Source: Macrostomum hystrix (taxonomy: Eukaryota; Animalia; Platyhelminthes). Taken from it: a stretch of DNA of 64,000 nt. The position numbers were made by a program, and so were the translations under genes. Below are positions 1 through 12,343 of the stretch, piece after piece (position 1 is the first letter of the stretch; every line of letters starts with the position of its first letter). The stretch is from assembly GCA_950097015.1 (NCBI GenBank), contig CATNEN010000024.1, positions 6,324,001 to 6,388,000 of the forward strand, in the 5' to 3' direction. The notes below the pieces were generated by a model, which made no database searches, was not told the origin of the DNA, and saw only the letters and a program-made list of their open reading frames with translations.

Positions 1-505
1 TCCTAATCTTCATTTACATTTAGAAAGATTTCAAGACTTAGAAAAAACATCAACCCGTCACAACAGCCAGACCCTCCCAATCTCCCTAGATCCTAGACTC
101 ACTAGATTCGCCCTACATGTATCCAAATATCATTTGCCAAGTCCCAGACGGGGGTAGAAATCCTGTCAGTTCCGCCCAGGGTCTCCGAATTTTTTAACCA
201 GCTACATTTGCCCTTCTTTCAAGAAGATTCCATGCAGTCTTGTTGAAAAATAGTTGTTTTTCGTGTTTTCTACAGCTTTTTCATCCGTTTTGTGAAAAAC
301 TAAAAAACTAGATTTGGCAAAAAGTTACAAAAACGTAGAAGTAGAAGTAAAAAGTAGAGCAAAAACTGGTCAGCATTTCAGCTCAATGGCTGTAAACTAT
401 AGTTCCTTTTGCGGTTAAGATATCCCCTCAACCAATTATGCCGATCCCATTGTCGAAACTACCAACGTTGCAACCGAATTCGATAATCCAAATATAAATC
501 CGACA

Positions 506-1088
506 GTCCCTCTCAAATCAGATAATCCCTTTACTGATTCTGATAATCCCTTTTAAATTAGATAATCCCTTTACTGATTCTGATAATCCCTCTCAAATCA
601 GATAATCCCTTTACTGATTCTGATAATCCCTCTTAAATCAGATAATCCCTTTACTGATTCTGATAATCCCTTTTAAATTAGATAATCCCTTTACTGATTC
701 TGATAATCCCTCTTAAATCAGATAATCCCTTTACTGATTCTGATAATCCCTCTCAAATCAGATAATCCCTTTACTGATTCTGATAATCCCTCTCAAATCA
801 GATAATCCCTTTACTGATTCTGATAATCCCTCTTTAATCAGATAATCCCTTTACTGATTCTGATAATCCCTCTTAAATCAGATAATCCCTTTACTGATTC
901 TGATAATCCCTTTTAAATTAGATAATCCCTTTACTGATTCTGATAATCCCTCTTAAATCAGATAATCCCTTTACTGATTCTGATAATCCCTCTTAAATCA
1001 GATAATCCCTTTAATGATTCTGATAATCCCTCTCAAATCAGATAATCCCTTTACTGATTCTGATAATCCCTCTCAAATCAGACAACCC
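506..1088. repeat. 40-bp minisatellite (dimer of ~20-mers), ~14 copies, probably in the last intron of the GPCR gene
   Basis: Unit gataatccctttactgattctgataatccctctcaaatca repeats from 521 to 1080 and contains the inverted pair ctgatt/aatcag. Confidence 0.95.
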
Positions 1089-1188
1089 CAACACTGAGTC
1101 CGATATCTTTCACTGAATCCAATAATTCTCAATCCGCGGATTCTTTCATCCAAACGGCAATTTCTCCTCTGCATCCAATAATCCGCAG

Positions 1189-1470
1189 TTAATCCTAGCC
1201 ATCGGCCTCCTGTTCGTAGTCTGCCAGGGCCCGCTAATCTTCATGGATCGCGTGGACTCGGAGTCACTGTTGTACATCAACCTGCAGGACCTGGCCATCT
1301 CATTGTTCGGCTGCAGCCATTTCGCCGTGCTGTCCTGGGCCAGCGCCGCGTTCAGACAGAAGCTCAGCGTCATGTGCACCTGCACGGTCACGCAGGTGAC
1401 AGTCCAGCAGGCGGACACGGTACTTGATAGCTGCTGCCAGATGGTGGACGCGACCAGCGGGGCGGCTTGA
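1189..1470 (+). CDS. Terminal exon of a rhodopsin-class (peptide-receptor-like) GPCR: TM6, TM7, helix 8
   Basis: Acceptor ccgcag ends at 1188. Translation LILAIGLLFVVCQGPLIF...LAISLFGCSHFAVLSWASAAFRQKL...stop gives the TM6 FxxCxxP motif, a hydrophobic TM7 and an FR helix-8 motif. Upstream exons were not identified. Confidence 0.7.
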   Translation, partial: LILAIGLLFVVCQGPLIFMDRVDSESLLYINLQDLAISLFGCSHFAVLSWASAAFRQKLSVMCTCTVTQVTVQQADTVLDSCCQMVDATSGAA

Positions 1471-1561
1471 ATTGCATTTGATGTCACGTGATCGATAACT
1501 TTAACGGCTTTTTTTCACGATTCGCCCAAGTCCTGATTCGCTGTGATCCTCACCGATTTGC

Positions 1562-2385
1562 AATAATCCCAATTTCTCCTAACCCCTATTCCTTTTAATC
1601 TCAGTCCTTCTGGTCCCTATTTCTCCTAATCCAATTTTCGCTATTTTCCCGATTTCTACTAATCCCATTTTCTCCTAATCCCAATTTCTCCTAACCCCAT
1701 TTCTCATAATCCCATTTTCCCCTAATCCCAATTTCTCCTAATCCCATTGTCTCCTTATCCCGATATCTCCTAATCCCTATTTATCCTAATCCCATTTTCT
1801 CCTAATCCCGAGTTCTCCTAATTCCATTGTCTCCTAATCCCTATTTCTCCTAATCCCTATTTCTTCTAAACCCATTTCTCCTAATTCTATTGTCTCCTAA
1901 TCCCTTTTTCTCCTAATCCCTTTTTCTCCTAATCCCTATTTCTCCTAATCCCGATTTCTCCTAATCCCAATTTCTCCTAATCCCATTTTCTCCTAATCCC
2001 TATTTCTCCTAATCCCATTGTCTCCTAATCCCTATTTCTCCTAACCCCATTTCTCCTAATCCCATTTTTGCCTAATCCAGATTTCTCCTAATCCCATTTT
2101 CTCCTAATCCCAATTTCTCCTAACCCCATTTCTCCTAATTCCATTGTCTCCTAATCCCGATTTCTCCTAATCCCTATTTCTTCTAATCCCATTTTCTCCT
2201 AATCCCATTTTCTCCTAATCCCAATTTCTCCTAATCCCTATTTCTCCTAATCCCATTGTCTCCTAATCCCTATTTCTCCTAATCCCTATTTCTTCTAATC
2301 CCATTTTCTCCTAATCCCAATTTCTCCTAATCCCAATTTCTCCTAATCCCGATTTCTCCTAATCCCGATTTCTCCTAATTTCGAT
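1562..2385. repeat. Degenerate ~18-19-bp pyrimidine-rich minisatellite
   Basis: Core atttctcctaatccc repeated about 40 times with indels. Confidence 0.9.
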
Positions 2386-2918
2386 TAGCAATAATCCCAA
2401 TTGATTCGCCGCAATTCCGATCGTACAATCAACTCAACTAATATAGAAGTAATTGCAGAACGAGAGCACCTTTGGTTAAAGCATTCCTGCACATCTACAC
2501 TCGTACTATCGTATTTTCTGTGTTATTTTAATAGCAATTCATAATTTCAAAGGGCCTGCGCCCCATCAGGTTGAGAGCAACTGCTTGACTGACGGCTTTT
2601 AATCCTTGTCGGCTTTTTTCTGCCATGTATTTTAGGCGAATAAATTTATAAAGGACTTGAAGCAAGGAGTCGGACGAGAGAAAGGGAGAAAAAAAATGAA
2701 GAAAAACACGAGCAGAGGCAGTGGGAGTGGTAACTACGGGCTATAGGCTTTGATTGCTTGCAAACAATTTCCTAGCTTCTTTCACTCGGTGCACCCGAAA
2801 CCAATGGACATAGAGCACTGTTCGGCATTGCGAAATAAAAGTACAAAAAATTAGACCTACAAACGGTGCTGCGAGCATTAGAAATTAATGCTAATCAGAG
2901 CTAATAGATATATCATTA

Positions 2919-4099
2919 TATATCTATGTCTATCTTCATCTATCTATGTCTATCTTCACCTATCTATGTCTATCTTCATCTAAAATTGTCTATCATCACC
3001 TATCTATGTCTATCTTCATCTAACTATGTCTATCTTCACCTATCTATGTCTATCTTCACCTATCTATGTCTATCTTCATCTATCTATGTCTATCTTCATC
3101 TATCTATGTGTATCTTCATCTATCTATGTCTATCTTCATCTATCTATGTCTATCTTCATCTATCTATGTCTATCTTCATCTATCTATGTCTATCTTCATC
3201 TATCTATGTCTATCTTCATCTATCTATGTCTATCTTCATCTATCTATGTCTATCTTCATCTATCTATGTCTATCTTCATCTATCTATGTCTATCTTCATC
3301 TAACTATGTCTATCTTCATCTATCTATGTCTATCTTCATCTATCTATGTCTATCTTCACCTAACTATGTCTATCTTCATCTATCTATGTCTATCTTCATC
3401 TATCTATGTCTATCTTCATCTAACTATGTCTATCTTCATCTAACTATGACTATCTTCATCTAACTATGTCTATCTTCATCTATCTATGTCTATCTTTATC
3501 TAACTATGTCTATCTTCATCTAACTATGTCTATCTTCATCTATCTATGTCTATCTTCATCTAACTATGACTATCTTCATCTAACTATGTCTATCTTCATC
3601 TATCTATGTCTATCTTCATCTAATTATGTCTATCTTCATCTAACTATGACTATCTTCATCTATCTATGTCTATCTTCATCTAACTATGTCTATCTTCATC
3701 TAACTATGTCTATCTTCATCTAACTATGACTATCTTCATCTAACTATGTCTATCTTCATCTATCTATGTCTATCTTTATCTAACTATGTCTATCTTCATC
3801 TAACTATGTCTATCTTTATCTATCTATGTCTATCTTCATCTAACTATGACTATCTTCATCTAACTATGACTATCTTCATCTAACTATGTCTATCTTTATC
3901 TATCTATGACTATCTTCATCTAACTATGTCTATCTTCATCTAACTATGTCTATCTTCATCTAACTATGTCTATCTTCATCTAACTATGTCTATCTTCATC
4001 TATCTATGTCTATCTTCATCTAACTATGACTATCTTCATCTAAATATGTCTATCTTCATCTAACTATGTCTATCTTCACCTAACTATGTCTATCTTCAT
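2919..4099. repeat. 20-bp minisatellite, ~59 copies
   Basis: Unit tatctatgtctatcttcatc, with variants taact/tatct and atgac/atgtc. Confidence 0.97.
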
Positions 4100-4441
4100 G
4101 TAAGCATTTTTAACCGAGAAATTAATGAGCACACGATATCATAAAAACTGATGGAAAGCTAGATAAACTGATTATTGTGACGAAATAAAAATGAGAAATT
4201 CTACTGAGCTGCTAGTAGTTTTTTACGCGCGCTGATTTCCGCTGACAATCGGTCAACTTAGTTGACTATTATACAGCTGGTGACATGGACATTGTAAATA
4301 AGGAGCTCAGATTTCTATACTCATACTCATAGTACTCATACTTCATTGTACTAAGTGGGCAGGACCTAGACAAATAGACTCTGAAAAGTACAACAAATAT
4401 TTATTAGAAATGAGGTTCTTACGTCTCTTAAATCTCTGCAT

Positions 4442-4806
4442 AATAATAATAATAATAATAATTGCAGGAGGGCTGCGGGCAATGACACATAGTTTGGTGA
4501 CACTAGACCCGCAGCCAGCGAGGAGGCAATTCTGCCCATTTCGGTGACTCCTGAGCACACACGCACACAGATACCGTACGCAGGCATACGCTCACACAGG
4601 TGTGTACATCTGACTTTCTCATCGTCAGGCAGTGTACACTCGAACTGTGCCTTGGAGGTTGGCCCTCAAGGGCGTAAATTGCACGACAAGCCCCCAAGCC
4701 TTCCCTCCGCGGCTGCGCCCCAAATAAATGTGGCCTCGCCGTGGAATCGAACTTAGGGACTGTGGTGCGAGTGGCAAACGCGTTAACCGCTCTGCCACCG
4801 ACCCCC
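4442..4806 (-). mobile_element. tRNA-derived SINE, family A, copy 1, with 13-bp TSD
   Basis: Minus strand begins ggggtcggtggcagagcggttaacgcg (A box) and has gttcgattc (B box), ending in a (TTA)n tail. TSD taaatctctgcat at 4429-4441 and 4807-4819. Five more copies occur in the window. Confidence 0.92.
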
Positions 4807-4904
4807 TAAATCTCTGCATGGACAGAATGCTGAGAAATAAGAAGTTAGAAGGAAGATAACACGGCAGAGAGATGAGAGGCGAGACGGGCGATTAGGGTTA
4901 TTAA

Positions 4905-5600
4905 AAAGATTAGAGACGAGAGGAGGATCCGGAGATCAGAGATTTTAGAGAGGAGAGATGAGAGACGTGAGAAAAGAGAGAGATAAGAGAGATGAGAGAG
5001 ATAAGAGATATGACAGAGATAAGAGAGATGAGAAGAGAGACGTGAGATGTGAGAGATTAGAGCGATTAGAGAGATGAGAGAGATTAGACAAATAAGAGAG
5101 ATGAGAGGAGAGACGTGAGTTTATAGAGAGACTAGAGAGACCAGAGAGATTAGAGAGATTAGAGAGACTAGAGAGACTGGAGAGACTAGAGAGATTAGAG
5201 AGATTAGAGAGACTAGAGAGATTAGAGAGACTAGAGAGATTAGAGAGATTAGAGAGACTAGAGAGACTAGAGAGATTAGAGAGACTAGAGAGACTAGAGA
5301 GATTAGAGAGACTAGAGAGATTAGAGAGATTAGAGAGACTAGAGAGACTAGAGAGACTAGAGAGATTAGAGAGATTAGAGAGACTAGAGAGACTAGAGAG
5401 ACTAGAGAGATTAGAGAGATTAGAGAGACTAGAGAGATTAGAGAGACTAGAGAGATTAGAGAGATTAGAGAGACTAGAGAGACTAGCGAGACTAGAGAGA
5501 TTAGAGAGATTAGAGAGATTAGAGAGATTAGAGAGACTAGAGATACTAGAGAGATTGGAGAGATGAGGGAGAGACAGCAGATTCAAGAGTAGCATAGTGA
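4905..5600. repeat. Purine-rich 9-bp satellite (agagagatt/agagagact) with degenerate flanks
   Basis: Alternating 9-mers from about 5125 to 5555. Confidence 0.9.
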
Positions 5601-6277
5601 GAGATGAGAGGATAAAATGTAGGTGAGGTGAGAATGTATGTTAAAATCTGTCAATTGATTGCTATAAAGTCTAGAGAGAATACGTGAAATCGGGAGAGAG
5701 ATACAAAACTATCTAGATTCCTAGATTCATGAAAAAGTCACGCATCAAACAGGTGGATGTCCGTAGAAATAAAAAGATACTGACGAAAAGTTGCCGCAGG
5801 TTGAGAAATTTGAGCACGCGCGGCGCGACACGACCTTGAAACTTCGAGAGGTGACAGGTTGGACTGATTTTCGACAAATATGCGAATAAGTCATGACTGT
5901 TATAAAGAAGGAGACGGTTCAAAGAAATATGATCCACATGAAACTAAGGGCCAAGCGCACCAATGAATTTTCTCTCGAGCTATAAAAAAATCTAGTTAAA
6001 AAACTTTTACCTTTCTTTCTTCAAGGCGAAAATTTTGAGAAAGTAACTAAAAAGCTCGTCGGAGAGAGAGAATACTGTTGCAGAAAAATTTTACTGAAGG
6101 TCTGGGATCCAGCAGCTAATAGTGGGATGAATTATTATGAAGATTGGGCGTTGCCCAACTGACACACGAGAATGAAAGGGAAAATTATTGGGACATTAGC
6201 CAACTAAATTGCGTGGACCAGAAACTGACTCATGTACAGAATCTGGAACTAGGAAATGAGAAATAACTTACAATAGG

Positions 6278-8963
6278 CTGCTGTCTACCTCTCTAAACTG
6301 CTGTCTACCTCACTAAACTGCTGTCCACCTCTATCAACTGCTGTCCACCTCTCTAAACTGCTGTCCACCTCTATCAACTGCTGTCTACCTCTATCAACTG
6401 CTGTCTACCTCACTAAACTGCTGTCCACCTCTATCAACTGCTGTCTACCTCTATCAACTGCTGTCTACCTCACTAAACTGCTGTCCACCTCTATCAACTG
6501 CTGTCCACCTCTCTAAACTGCTGTCTACCTCTATCAACTGCTGTCTACCTCACTAAACTGCTGTCCACCTCTATCAACTGCTGTCTACCTCTATCAACTG
6601 CTGTCTACCTCACTAAACTGCTGTCCACCTCTATCAACTGCTGTCTTCCTCTCTAAACTGCTGTCTACCTCTATCAACTGCTGTCTACCTCTCTAAACTG
6701 CTGTCTACCTCTCTAAACTGCTGTCTACCTCTCTAAACTGCTGTCTACCTCTCTAAACTGCTGTCTACCTCTCTAAACTGCTGTCTACCTCTCTAAACTG
6801 CTGTCTACCTCTCTAAACTGCTGTCTACCTCTCTAAACTGCTGTCTACCTCTCTAAACTGCTGTCTACCTCTCTAAACTGCTGCCTACCTCTCTAAACTG
6901 CTGTCTACCTCTCTAAACTGCTGTCTACCTCTCTAAACTGCTGTCTACCTCTCTAAACTGCTGTCTACCTCTCTAAACTGCTGTCTACCACTCTAAACTG
7001 CTGTCTACCTCTCTAAACTGCTGTCTACCTCTCTAAACTGCTGTCTACCTCTCTAAACTGCTGTCTACCTCTCTAAACTGCTGTCTACCTCTCTAAACTG
7101 CTGTCTACCTCTCTAAACTGCTGTCTACCTCTCTAAACTGCTGTCTACCTCTATCAACTGCTGCCGACGTCTATCAACTGCTGTCTACCTCTATCAACTG
7201 CTGTCTACCTCACTAATCTGCTGTCCACCTCTATCAACTGCTGTCTACCTCTATCAACTGCTGTCTACCTCACTAAACTGCTGTCCACCTCTATCAACTG
7301 CTGTCCACCTCTATCAACTGCTGTCTACCTCTATCAACTGCTGTCTACCTCTCTAAACTGCTGTCTACCTCTCTAAACTGCTGTCTACCTCTCTAAACTG
7401 CTGTCTACCTCTCTAAACTGCTGTCTACCTCTATCAACTGCTGCCGACGTCTATCAACTGCTGTCTACCTCTATCAACTGCTGTCTACCTCACTAATCTG
7501 CTGTCCACCTCTATCAACTGCTGTCTACCTCTATCAACTGCTGTCTACCTCACTAAACTGCTGTCCACCTCTATCAACTGCTGTCCACCTCTATCAACTG
7601 CTGTCTACCTCTATCAACTGCTGTCTACCTCTCTAAACTGCTGTCTACCTCTCTAAACTGCTGTCTACCTCTCTAAACTGCTGTCTACCTCTCTAAACTG
7701 CTGTCTACCTCTATCAACTGCTGCCGACGTCTATCAACTGCTGTCTACCTCTATCAACTGCTGTCTACCTCACTAATCTGCTGTCCACCTCTATCAACTG
7801 CTGTCCACCTCTATCAACTGCTGTCCACCTCTCTAAACTGCTGTCTACCTCTCTAAACTGCTGTCTACCTTTATCAACCGCTGTCTACCTCTATCAACTG
7901 CTGTCCACCTCTCTAAACTGCTGTCTACCTCTCTAAACTGCTGTCTACCTCACTAAACTGCTGTCTACCTCTATCAACTGCTGCCGACGTCTATCAACTG
8001 CTGTCTACCTCTATCAACTGCTGTCTACCTCACTAAACTGCTGTCTACCTCTATCAACTGCTGTCCACCTCTATCAACTGCTGTCTACCTCTATCAACTG
8101 CTGTCTACCTCTCTAAACTGCTGTCTACCTCTATCAACTGCTGTCTACCTCTCTAAACTCCTGTCTACCTTTATCAACCGCTGTCTACCTCTCTAAACTG
8201 CTGTCCACCTCTTTAAACTGCTGTCTACCTCTCTAAACTGCTGTCTACCTCACTAAACTGCTGTCTACCTCTATCAACTGCTGCCGACGTCTATCAACTG
8301 CTGTCTACCTCTATCAACTGCTGTCTACCTCACTAAACTGCTGTCCACCTCTATCAACTGCTGTCCACCTCTATCAACTGCTGTCTACCTCTATCAACTG
8401 CTGTCTACCTCACTAAACTGCTGTCCACCTCTATCAACTGCTGTCCACCTCTATCAACTGCTGTCTACCTCTATCAACTGCTGTCTACCTCTCTAAACTG
8501 CTGTCTACCTCTATCAACTGCTGTCTTCCTCTCTAAACTGCTGTCTACCTCTCTAAACTGCTGTCTACCTCTCTAAACTGCTGTCTACCTCTCTAAACTG
8601 CTGTCTACCTCTCTAAACTGCTGTCTACCTCTATCAACTGCTGTCCACCTCTATCAACTGCTGTCTACCTCTATCAACTGCTGTCCACCTCTATCAACTG
8701 CTGCCGACGTCTATCAACCGCTGTCTACCTCTATCAACTGCTGTCCACCTCTATCAACTGCTGTCCACCTCTATCAACTGCTGCCGACGTCTATCAACCG
8801 CTGTCTACCTTTATCAACCGCTGTCTACCTTTATCAACTGCTGTCTACTTTTATCAATTGCTGTCTACCTCTCTAAACTGCTGTCTACCTCTATCAACTG
8901 CTGTCCACCTCTATCAACTGCTGCCGACGTCTATCAACCGCTGTCTACCTCTATCAACTGCTG
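6278..8963. repeat. 20-bp minisatellite, ~134 copies, with higher-order structure
   Basis: Unit ctgctgtctacctctctaaa / ctgctgtctacctctatcaa. The variant ctgccgacgt recurs at 7161, 7441 and 7721 (280-bp period). Confidence 0.97.
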
Positions 8964-8964
8964 C

Positions 8965-9078
8965 TCCTACCTACCCTATCTACTCCTAAACTCTACCCCT
9001 ATCTACTCCTAAACTCTACCCCTATCTACTTCAAAACTCTACCCCTAGCTACTCCAGAACTCAACCCCTATCTACTCA
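8965..9078. repeat. Short degenerate ~23-bp repeat adjoining the 20-bp array
   Basis: ctacccctatctactcctaaact, about 4-5 copies. Confidence 0.75.
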
Positions 9079-10115
9079 AGGCATACGGTGATTGGTCCTT
9101 GGCAATAAATCCGTGACTTGCACAGCAGCAGCCGTACTCTCAAACAGATTCGTAGAAAGCTAAAAGCAAATTAAGAGTCTAAGTGAGCAGCTGCGATTCT
9201 CTGCAAGCGGGTTTAGCATGGGTTTTGAGCAGTGCTCTGTCACTGCATGCAGCCGAGAGACGGTTGGGGTGGGTTAGGTTAGTAGGGCTGTCTCTATACT
9301 GGAAGTTATAAGCCTATAGAAATAAGATCGATAATTTTCCATTGTAATACTTTGTCTACTGAACATGCTTCTAAAGCCATGCCGCACAATTCTAATTGAA
9401 CGAGTCGGATAGGAAATAGCCAGAAAATACTATAAGTAGTATTACTAGAACAATTTCAACTTTATCGGCTAGCGTTTCAGCAATTATATAAAAAGCTAGT
9501 GTCAGTTGAGCAGTGCTCGTAGGACAGAGTATTTCTCTTTTTGCTCCTTTGCCTCCGAGTGTTGTTGTAGCAGTTTTGAAGTGAGCACTGCACTCAACCC
9601 AGCTCAACCGATCCGGCCCACCCACCCCACTCCGCCGATCGTCTCACCTTGAGTTTCGCGCGCGACCCAAGGAACTGGAAAGGAAAACCGCGGTATTGAC
9701 TTGGCACTGCAGTGACAGTCGACAAACTGACAACATTCCGGGGAGGGGACTGCTCACCGCCATGGCTGACTGTTAAAATGGGGAAATATTTTCCGCCGTC
9801 TGTTCCCATAAGTAGGGACAGACTGGACAGCCGTAAGAGACCATTGCGATCGGTTGGGATATTTATCCCCTAATAAATCCGCGTCAAAGCTAGCTTTCCG
9901 CCGGCCACCCCTCTTTCCCGAGATTTCATCCCATTTTTTTTGTTGGAGCTGGAATCTGGAAGAACTGACTGACTTCACGCAGGCTACCTGGTCTCCATTG
10001 TGCGCTCAAAGGGAAGAGATTCAAGGACTGGAGAGACAGGGAGAGAACGCTGACAAGGGAAAATTGTAAAAGCCACACCGCGAAGGACATAGAGAGCTCA
10101 GCTCTGTTGGCTGCC

Positions 10116-12343
10116 ATGGAAACAGCTGTACAGTCATCGGCAGTCAAGGATGCACAGGTGAGGAAGAGATTCATTCCGTCAGTCATGGCAGCCAACCCCA
10201 TTCGCAAATTATGAATCACTAACTGTGGAAAAGTCTATAAACAATATAGCCAATGAGTTATGCTTTACCTCTATTCAAATTCTGTGCACCCCAACTCCTG
10301 TTCCACCAGGCCCGTCGAGGCCGCCGACGTCATCACTCGCTGCCGCGTCAGCTGTTGCGCACATTCGAGGCGTCGCCAGCCAGGGGTCACGTTCAGAGCA
10401 GCCTGGCGACCCGCATGGAGCCGTTTGAAGCTGCGGTTGTAGTGCCAGCCCCCCCGGTTGCTAGCAGACCGTACAGGGCCTGGCGGAGCTCCACTATAGA
10501 ACTATCGTCTAGTGGGACTAACCAGCAGCAGCAGCAGCAGCAGCATCACCATCGGGCACTGTACGGAGCTGACATACCAGAGCCGCTTTCCAGCTACGAG
10601 AGGCACGTGCGCAGCACCATCGATAGACATCGGCGTCGACGCGCTTCCGGTAGCGTCGGTGAAGACTCGTGGATGCCGGAGCCGAAGCCGAACGGGCTGG
10701 TGAGAGTTACCACTGTGGGCTATTTCACATTTGGCATTAGGAGGATTGAATGATGAAATGATGATAATAATAGTAGCTCGTAATTACAGGAGGGCTACGG
10801 GCAACGGCACATGATTTAGTGACCCTAGACCCGCAGCCAGCGAGGAGGCAATTCTGCCCATTTCGATGACTCCTGAGCACACACGCACACAGATACCGTA
10901 CGCAGGCACACACTCACAGAGGTGTGTACATCTGCCCTGACTTTCTCATCGACAGGCAGTGTACGCTCTCACTGTGCCTTGGAGGTTGGCCCTCGATGCG
11001 TAAATTGCACGACAAGCCACCAAGCCTTCGCTCCGAGGCTGCGACCTGAATAAACGTGGCCTCGCCGTGGAATCGAACTTAGGGACCTTGGTGCGAGAGG
11101 CAAACGCGTTAACCGCTCTGCCACCCACCCCCTTTTGGTATAGGCTAGCTAGTAGCTAGTATAAAATATGTCAATGAAAATATCTATAAAACGATGGTAA
11201 GGCTCGGATAAATCGAATAAAACGGAATATGTTAATACACAATGAAACACAAAAATACACTAATATTTATAATATATAACTCCCGTAATACGTTTACGTA
11301 TACGGCCAGGAGATTTGCGATATACTTTTCAGGGAAAAGTGGCCTTCTAAACTTGTTCCATAAAACACTATTGCCTTGGTTTCATGATAGACACCTAACA
11401 CTAACATCGCCCGCAGCAGTGGCACAGCGGCAACCAGCCTCATTCTGCTGCGCTGCGTCGTTACGCAACTCTGGCCGACCTCAGCGACTTGGAAGCCGCC
11501 GCGGCCGAGGTTGAACGCCGGGTAAACAACGACGACTCGCCACCGCTCGAGGTTGAACTGCGGCGATGGTCGCTGAGGCCAACGAAGCCGCCGCCGCCAC
11601 CGCCGCCGCCACGGCCGCGATGGAAGAAGCGGCCTCAGCGTCTGTCGCAGCCGCCGCCGCAGCCCTCGCCGCAGCTGCAGCCACCGCCGTATCTCCAGTC
11701 GGCCGGGAATTCTTCCAGACAGCGTTTCTCCGCTCTGGACTCCTTCGAAGCAATGAAGCGGACCATCGAGAGCCAGTCGGCGGCGACGGAAGCGGCAGCG
11801 GCGGCGACTGCGGCCGCTACGGAAGCCGCCCTCGAGCGAACTCGATGGCTGCTGGACGCGGCAACAAATGTCGAAGCTGGTCTGCCCGTGTCGTGGCGCC
11901 CGACGTTGGCGCAGCAGCCACCGCCGGTTCCCTTGAGACGAAATCGTCGGCGACTTTTTGACACGCACGATGGACCAGGCTTTGACGGTCGCTGGTCTTT
12001 GGGATCCAATCAGACAACTAACCACGGCTACTACGGTTTTCAAAACGGCAACGGCTACGTCCAAAGGCACAGGAATGGCTACGGTAATTGTCGCGGTATC
12101 GACCACATCAACAGGTACAGTCATGGCAATGGCACAGTTTACGATCATGGAAACGACTTCGTCTACGGCCGCATGAATCCCAGTGGCTTCCGTCACGAGA
12201 ATGGCCACTCGGACAACCGCAGTTTGGAATCCAACAAGCGAAAGTTGCAGCAATGGCAGCCTGCTGGGCCATGGGAATTAGCCTCAAGCACTGCCAGTGG
12301 CCGCTCCGGACACCACACTGCAGGAAAGGAATCGGTGGTGTGA
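10116..12343 (+). CDS. Orphan low-complexity/disordered protein (poly-Q/H, poly-P, poly-A, G/N/Y/H-rich C-terminal region, ends GKESVV)
   Basis: Proposed exons 10116-10157 (ATG in gccATGG, donor gtgagg), 10310-10699 (acceptor ccag, donor gtgaga) and 11417-12343 (acceptor ccgcag), all phase 0 and in frame, with GC-rich exon-like composition. The frame stays open upstream to an acceptor at 9982, so the true start is uncertain. Confidence 0.6.
10764..11132 (-). mobile_element. SINE family A, copy 2 (intron of the orphan gene)
   Basis: High similarity to 4442-4806 with A/B boxes. Tail is degenerate and no clear TSD. Confidence 0.9.

Noticed and set aside
1146-1487. Minus-strand 113-aa ORF
   Set aside because: Antisense shadow of the GPCR exon, which has the acceptor and family motifs.
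1562-2385. Interstitial telomeric repeat
   Set aside because: It contains cctaa/ccc motifs, but the period is ~18-19 bp, not TTAGGG or TTAGG.
4590-4650. Hammerhead ribozyme or SECIS in SINE A (CTGACGA-tga-GAAA-GTC on the sense strand)
   Set aside because: There is no room for stems II and III and stem I is mismatched at the cleavage site. ATGA and AAA are too close for SECIS geometry. It is better explained as a simple hairpin.
4730-4806. Functional tRNA gene in the SINE heads (also 61560-61620)
   Set aside because: A and B boxes are present but continue into multi-copy SINE bodies with tails and TSDs, and no full cloverleaf is evident.
9640-9875. Additional upstream coding exon of the orphan gene
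   Set aside because: An open frame and a donor at 9832 exist, but their phase does not join the downstream exon without a stop. Left unresolved.
11294-12253. Minus-strand 319-aa ORF and other overlapping ORFs
   Set aside because: Antisense or alternative-frame shadows of a GC-rich exon. Splice signals and phase support the + strand frame.
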